Assembly (NCBI GenBank): GCA_965248755.1
Contig: OZ252149.1
Location: 1,568,001-1,632,000, forward strand
Origin: Candidatus Latescibacterota bacterium
GTDB lineage: Bacteria > Latescibacterota > CBDEFO01
Length of the DNA stretch: 64,000 nucleotides
Reading direction: 5' to 3'
Part shown: one piece after another, positions 59,657-64,000 of the stretch
Layout of the letters: each line of letters starts with the position of its first letter
How positions within the stretch are numbered: position 1 is the first letter of the stretch
Position numbers and translations under genes: made by a program
The notes under the pieces: generated by a model
What the model saw: the letters and a program-made list of their open reading frames with translations, nothing else
Told to the model about the DNA's origin: nothing
The model's database searches: none

Positions 59657-59795
59657 AGGCTCTTTCTTTGTCTGACAGTGGTTGAATCTATCTACTAAGT
59701 ATCGGTCACAATGATCTGCGCAAGCTTATGAAGATCCAAAATAGTAGACAGGATCAGATTGACCTGTCTACTGACTACGAGATTGGCTTCTCTTT

Positions 59796-59816
59796 CCCTG
59801 ATCTAATCTGTCGGGG
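59796..59816. repeat. 21-bp palindromic dispersed repeat (degenerate)
   Basis: CCCTGATCTAATCTGTCGGGG. Confidence 0.55.
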
Positions 59817-59862
59817 ACAGCGCGCTTAAAGTAGAAGGCGATAATTTTTTTCACAATACCTA

Positions 59863-59891
59863 TTGACATTATCCGATTTCCATTGTATCTT
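59863..59891 (+). promoter_or_regulatory. Sigma70 promoter of the PhyH gene
   Basis: TTGACA-17-TATCTT. Confidence 0.6.
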
Positions 59892-59954
59892 TTTGACCAT
59901 AAGCTTATATATGTTAAGCTATTTCGGTTTTGCAAGGTTTAGATAGGGAGTTAT

Positions 59955-60818
59955 ATGCTTACACAAGAACAGGTCGACTTCTACCACAGAAACGGTTATA
60001 TCAGCATCGAAAATGTGCTTTCCGAAGAAGAGGTCACAGAACTTTGCCGGGTCACTGATGAATTCGTCGAAAAATCACGTCAGGTGAGAGAGCACACCGA
60101 TATTTTTGACCTCGAACCCGGACACACAGCACAAGAACCTCGCCTGCGCCGTCTCAAGAATCCGTCACAGAACCACCAGGTCTACAACAGCACTCTGCGC
60201 CACAGCCACGTCCTTACTATAGTCTCTCAATTAATCGGACCAGCTATTCGCTATTTCGGCGACAAACTCAATATGAAATCCTCCGAATTCGGCAGTCCAG
60301 TAGAATGGCACCAGGACTTTGCGTTCTATCCCCATACTAACGATGACCTCTTGGCCGTAGGTGTGGCTATTGACGATATGACAAAAGAGAACGGTTGCCT
60401 GCTGGTAATCCCAGGCTCCCATAAGGGCCCGATCTACAACCATCACCAAAACGGTTTTTTCGTCGGTGCTGTCACTGACCCCGACTTTGATCCTGACGGC
60501 GCCATTCCTCTTGAGGTCAGAGCCGGCGGCATTTCAATTCATCACGTCCGCACACTGCACGGTTCCGCTCCCAACGTCTCGAATAAGCCGCGCCGTCTGT
60601 TACTCCTTCAATACAACGCTGTTGACGCCTGGCCCCTTTTAGGAGTTCCTGATTGGGACGCTTTCAACGACTGCATTCTTCAAGGTGAGCCGACATACCA
60701 GCCGCGCCTTACCCAGATTCCCGTGCGCATTCCCCGTCCGTACAGCGATCACACTGGCTCTATCTACGAAGTCCAAAGCATCCTGGAACAGACTGTCTTT
60801 GGGAAGAAGGCTAAATGA
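59955..60818 (+). CDS. Phytanoyl-CoA dioxygenase (PhyH) family protein
   Basis: WHQD, ENGCL..IPGSH, LHGS.PN. Confidence 0.9.
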   Translation: MLTQEQVDFYHRNGYISIENVLSEEEVTELCRVTDEFVEKSRQVREHTDIFDLEPGHTAQEPRLRRLKNPSQNHQVYNSTLRHSHVLTIVSQLIGPAIRYFGDKLNMKSSEFGSPVEWHQDFAFYPHTNDDLLAVGVAIDDMTKENGCLLVIPGSHKGPIYNHHQNGFFVGAVTDPDFDPDGAIPLEVRAGGISIHHVRTLHGSAPNVSNKPRRLLLLQYNAVDAWPLLGVPDWDAFNDCILQGEPTYQPRLTQIPVRIPRPYSDHTGSIYEVQSILEQTVFGKKAK

Positions 60819-61010
60819 GACGATAGAAATATATGCGATTCTCCTGTTGCAGTCAAGTATAACCAGCGACGCTCATGTACTTTGTGCTCTAAAGGAACAC
60901 AGGTTCTAGGGTCACCCGTTCCGTTCGGATGTTGCCTCTTCGGCGGCATCGGTACTCCGTTCTGCCGCAAATATTCAGATTGAGTTGTTACCTCCGTATT
61001 ACCCCACCCC

Positions 61011-62972
61011 TTAATAAAATCCGAGGACATTTCTGTTCATCCCTGTGAAACAATCTATGACCAACCACATCCCCGCAACAAATACTGCTCCCAACACCAA
61101 TCCCAGGAAGAATGGTCTCGTCATCCTGTACAAGGGTGCCCCCCCATATTTGAGTATTATAGTCTTAAAGAGCCACGCCAAGAATACGCTGAACCATACC
61201 CAATTCATAGAATAGAACGTGCTGGTGGCAAATCCTAATGGGTGTACAGGCCACCACAAAAACCGATACCTGGCAAACGTCAAAAGACCCATCCTCCTAT
61301 GTTCGCCGCGACAGGATCGGAGAATTTGGGAGCTATATAGCTAAAAGCATTTCGGGGAACACCGATGAAAAAGTATTCGTGGAGATTGATCCCTCCGTGC
61401 TTGTAAGACAGATTGATAATCTCCCATATAGACCCTGCTAAGGTGACTGCTGCGGCTACTGCCACCGCCCATATCAGAGGTCTCTTATTCCCTTTTATCT
61501 CCTCTGCCAATTTTAAGGCATTGGCAAAACAGGGAATAAACAAGATCCGCAAATTTGCGCTCCAGACATACGTGAACGCCAGCCCTACCAGTCCGGATGA
61601 CCCCAAGACAGTGGTCCCCAATCCAGAAACGACGAAGCCTGAAGGTGTTATTGGCGACCTGATGACCGATGAACCTCCCTCGATCACCGCTCTGGTCAGG
61701 GCTGTAAATATAACAAAGACTGCAAATAGGAATATGGGGACAATCCAGATGGGAAGACCCGACTTCCAAAGCCAGATGCTCATAAGGAAAAGCCCGATCA
61801 AGAGCCCATAAACAGCTGTTCGATAAGATAGCACCTCCCCTGAATCATCTACATCCGGGTCTCCCCTGAGAGCCTTCCTGAACACATCTTTAAGATGTCC
61901 TCTGGCTACCCATAGCCCTCATAACACCAACACTATCATAGCTCCCATCGCCTGATGCGCAAGGTAAGGACCGGCCGCATTTGCATATGTGCTCAAATTC
62001 TCTGTGCTCTCAAAGCCAATAATGTTGAATATGCCCTTCTCTACTTTCAACAGAAGAAAAAAGAGCCAAATTCCCAACGCAATGTCGTGACTCAAAAGAT
62101 ACGCGTAACAGAGCAGAGTACGTTCAAATAGAAGAGGATCCACGTAGTATTCCTGAACAGCGGCACGCTCATGTATAATTCAATTTTCGGGATGAAATAG
62201 AAGTAATTGTGCAGGGCATTGAAACTCTGTATTATGAAGGGAACGGCAAAACCGATTCACATAACCGGATTCCTGAAAAAGGTTTGACAAGAGAGCGTCT
62301 CTCATCGTCCTGTATCATCTCGAGGGGGACCTGAACCAATGAATAGAGCAACCTCTCTTTTTCCATCCACTGCTTCCTCAAAATTATCATCACACATATC
62401 ATCACAAAATAGAGCGTGACAATAAACAGACACCAGTAGAATATCGGCTCAAACCACTCGTTTCAGGGCACAGCCTGGCCTCGGGGAAGACCCTCATAGA
62501 AATACCTTATCGCATCGGGCTCCCTAGGCGTTATCCACTCTGGCACGTTGGGGTGAATAAGGTATGCCCAGTCGTTTTCAGGGGTGGCATAATAGTAAAG
62601 ACCAGCGATGATAGGTAGAAGGTATTCGGAAAATCCGAAGGTGGGTATAGCTGTTGCGACCATCGCCATAATATAGACTGTAGCTAACTCTGCAGAGCTG
62701 ATGGCGAAGCTCCTTCTAAGGGCGACTGAAATCACGTTGATGATGGCAACAAAGATGTTGATGATGGCAACGAAGATGAAGAAGACAAGCAGGGCGGCAG
62801 GAGTGCTGTAACTTTGGGCAAGGAGTGTCCCCTTAATGATCATACTGGAATAGGGTACAGCAATACCTATAAAGAGTGATAACAGCGCTCCGATAAGAAT
62901 AGACCTGAATGTAATACCTGAAGTTTTTGTTGCTGCTGCGTTGGATGTAGTCTTTCTTTGTGTTGATGTCAT
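61011..62972 (-). pseudogene. DUF6785/DUF6784-type polytopic membrane protein, broken by a stop and frameshifts
   Basis: Consecutive fragments ITFRSILIG, ELATVY, LRKQWMEKERLL, LSYR, WWPVHPLG, KYGG...PFFLGL in shifting frames. Confidence 0.75.
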
Positions 62973-63318
62973 TTCAAATAAGGCGCTCCTGAAGTAGGAA
63001 TGAATTCAACAGATTTCAACGCCAACAACAGGTATCTGTCTTTGTTCTGTTGTAAAGATGGGAGCCGGGATAGTATATTATGGGGGGAACAAACAGAGAA
63101 GATGAACCCCGGACATTCTGAGTAATTGACCGGAGTCATCAACCTATGAAGAATCTTCCTGTCGAATCTCTTCAATCGCGGTAGCTCATTGCTTTCTTGC
63201 AAAGCGGGAAAACTTGACATCGAATGAAAAGTTGGCTACATTGATTCTATTAACTGACAAAGGTGCGACTACCTGTCAGGAGAAGAATTTAGACCTTAAA
63301 ACGAACGAGGGCTATACT

Positions 63319-64000
63319 ATGACCGAAATAGTGAGAAATGGGCTCCTAACTCCTGAAGAGCTTCAAAGTAAGATCGACAGATTACCGAGAGTCGAACTTG
63401 CGGCCCTGCCGACGCCTATCGAAGAATGTCCCCGGCTTGCTGAGGCGCTAAAGGTTTCCTCTATCTTTATGAAAAGAGACGATCTTACGGGTCTTGCCTT
63501 CGGCGGAAATAAGACTCGTCAGCTGGAGTATCTCTTTGGAGATGTGGTCCAAAAGGGATCTGACGTTGTCGTAACAGGAGCGGGCACACAGTCGAATTTT
63601 TGCCGTCAGACCGCTGCGGCCGCCAGGAAATTGGGTATAGACATCGTGTTGCATCTGATTCCGGGCGCAAAGGGTTCCGAACCCCAGGGCAATATGCTGA
63701 TATTCCACATATTGGGAGCCGAGATAAAGATCGTGGAGGGCGCCAGAGGCGTAGAAGACGCTTACATGCTTGAAGGGATCTTTAGGGATACAGCTGCAAA
63801 GTTGAAGGGTCAAGGCCGCAATCCATACGTTATGAATGTCGTTGGAGAGTCGACTGCTCTGGCTGCTGTGGGCTATGTTAATTGTGTTCTAGAACTTCAA
63901 AAGCAGATGCAAAAGGAAAACTTAAAGGTGGACTATCTTTTCTTGAGCTCCGCTAATGTGACACAGGCAGGATTAGAATTAGGGGCTAAGGCTATAGGGA
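63319..64000 (+). CDS. D-cysteine desulfhydrase / ACC deaminase family PLP enzyme (runs off the window)
   Basis: Manual translation LPTP...KRDDLTGLAFGGNKTRQLEY, QSNFCRQTAAAA. Confidence 0.88.
   Translation, partial: MTEIVRNGLLTPEELQSKIDRLPRVELAALPTPIEECPRLAEALKVSSIFMKRDDLTGLAFGGNKTRQLEYLFGDVVQKGSDVVVTGAGTQSNFCRQTAAAARKLGIDIVLHLIPGAKGSEPQGNMLIFHILGAEIKIVEGARGVEDAYMLEGIFRDTAAKLKGQGRNPYVMNVVGESTALAAVGYVNCVLELQKQMQKENLKVDYLFLSSANVTQAGLELGAKAIG

Noticed and set aside
60764..63220. Short ORFs 60764-61030 and 62969-63220
   Set aside because: No motifs or clear RBS; they overlap neighbouring genes

Overview
Bacterial chromosomal window of moderate GC. A dockerin-like double EF-hand tail, a C-terminal SWGxIK motif, DUF4838 paralogs and a DUF6785-type membrane protein suggest Ca. 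Latescibacterota or a related FCB lineage (inference). 2111-14572 is a composite transposon bounded by a CTTT target duplication and inserted at codons 3-4 of an O-methyltransferase gene. It holds four copies of a 1266-bp IS3-family element, five copies of a 420-bp internally deleted sister element and eight overlapping fragments of an AT-rich GajB-like UvrD helicase gene, arranged as inversions and tandem duplications whose breakpoints all fall on element ends. The IS has a non-canonical left end (5'-CA) that reads outward as Shine-Dalgarno + ATG and here restores the interrupted gene's start. Two further IS copies lie at 21.5 kb and 47.2 kb; the second is an IS/mini-element hybrid. The rest is a MntR-regulated multicopper oxidase/ZIP/cupredoxin locus, housekeeping genes (comF, gatA, tatA, pssA, psd, htrA-like, truA, ecfT, sulfite/nitrite reductase), catabolic genes, three DUF4838 paralogs, an FG-GAP protein, several pseudogenes and an attP-like tRNA-Thr fragment. 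A 21-bp palindrome (CCCCGATAGATTCAATCGGGG) occurs 12 times, once as a precise in-frame 7-codon insertion in a gene.
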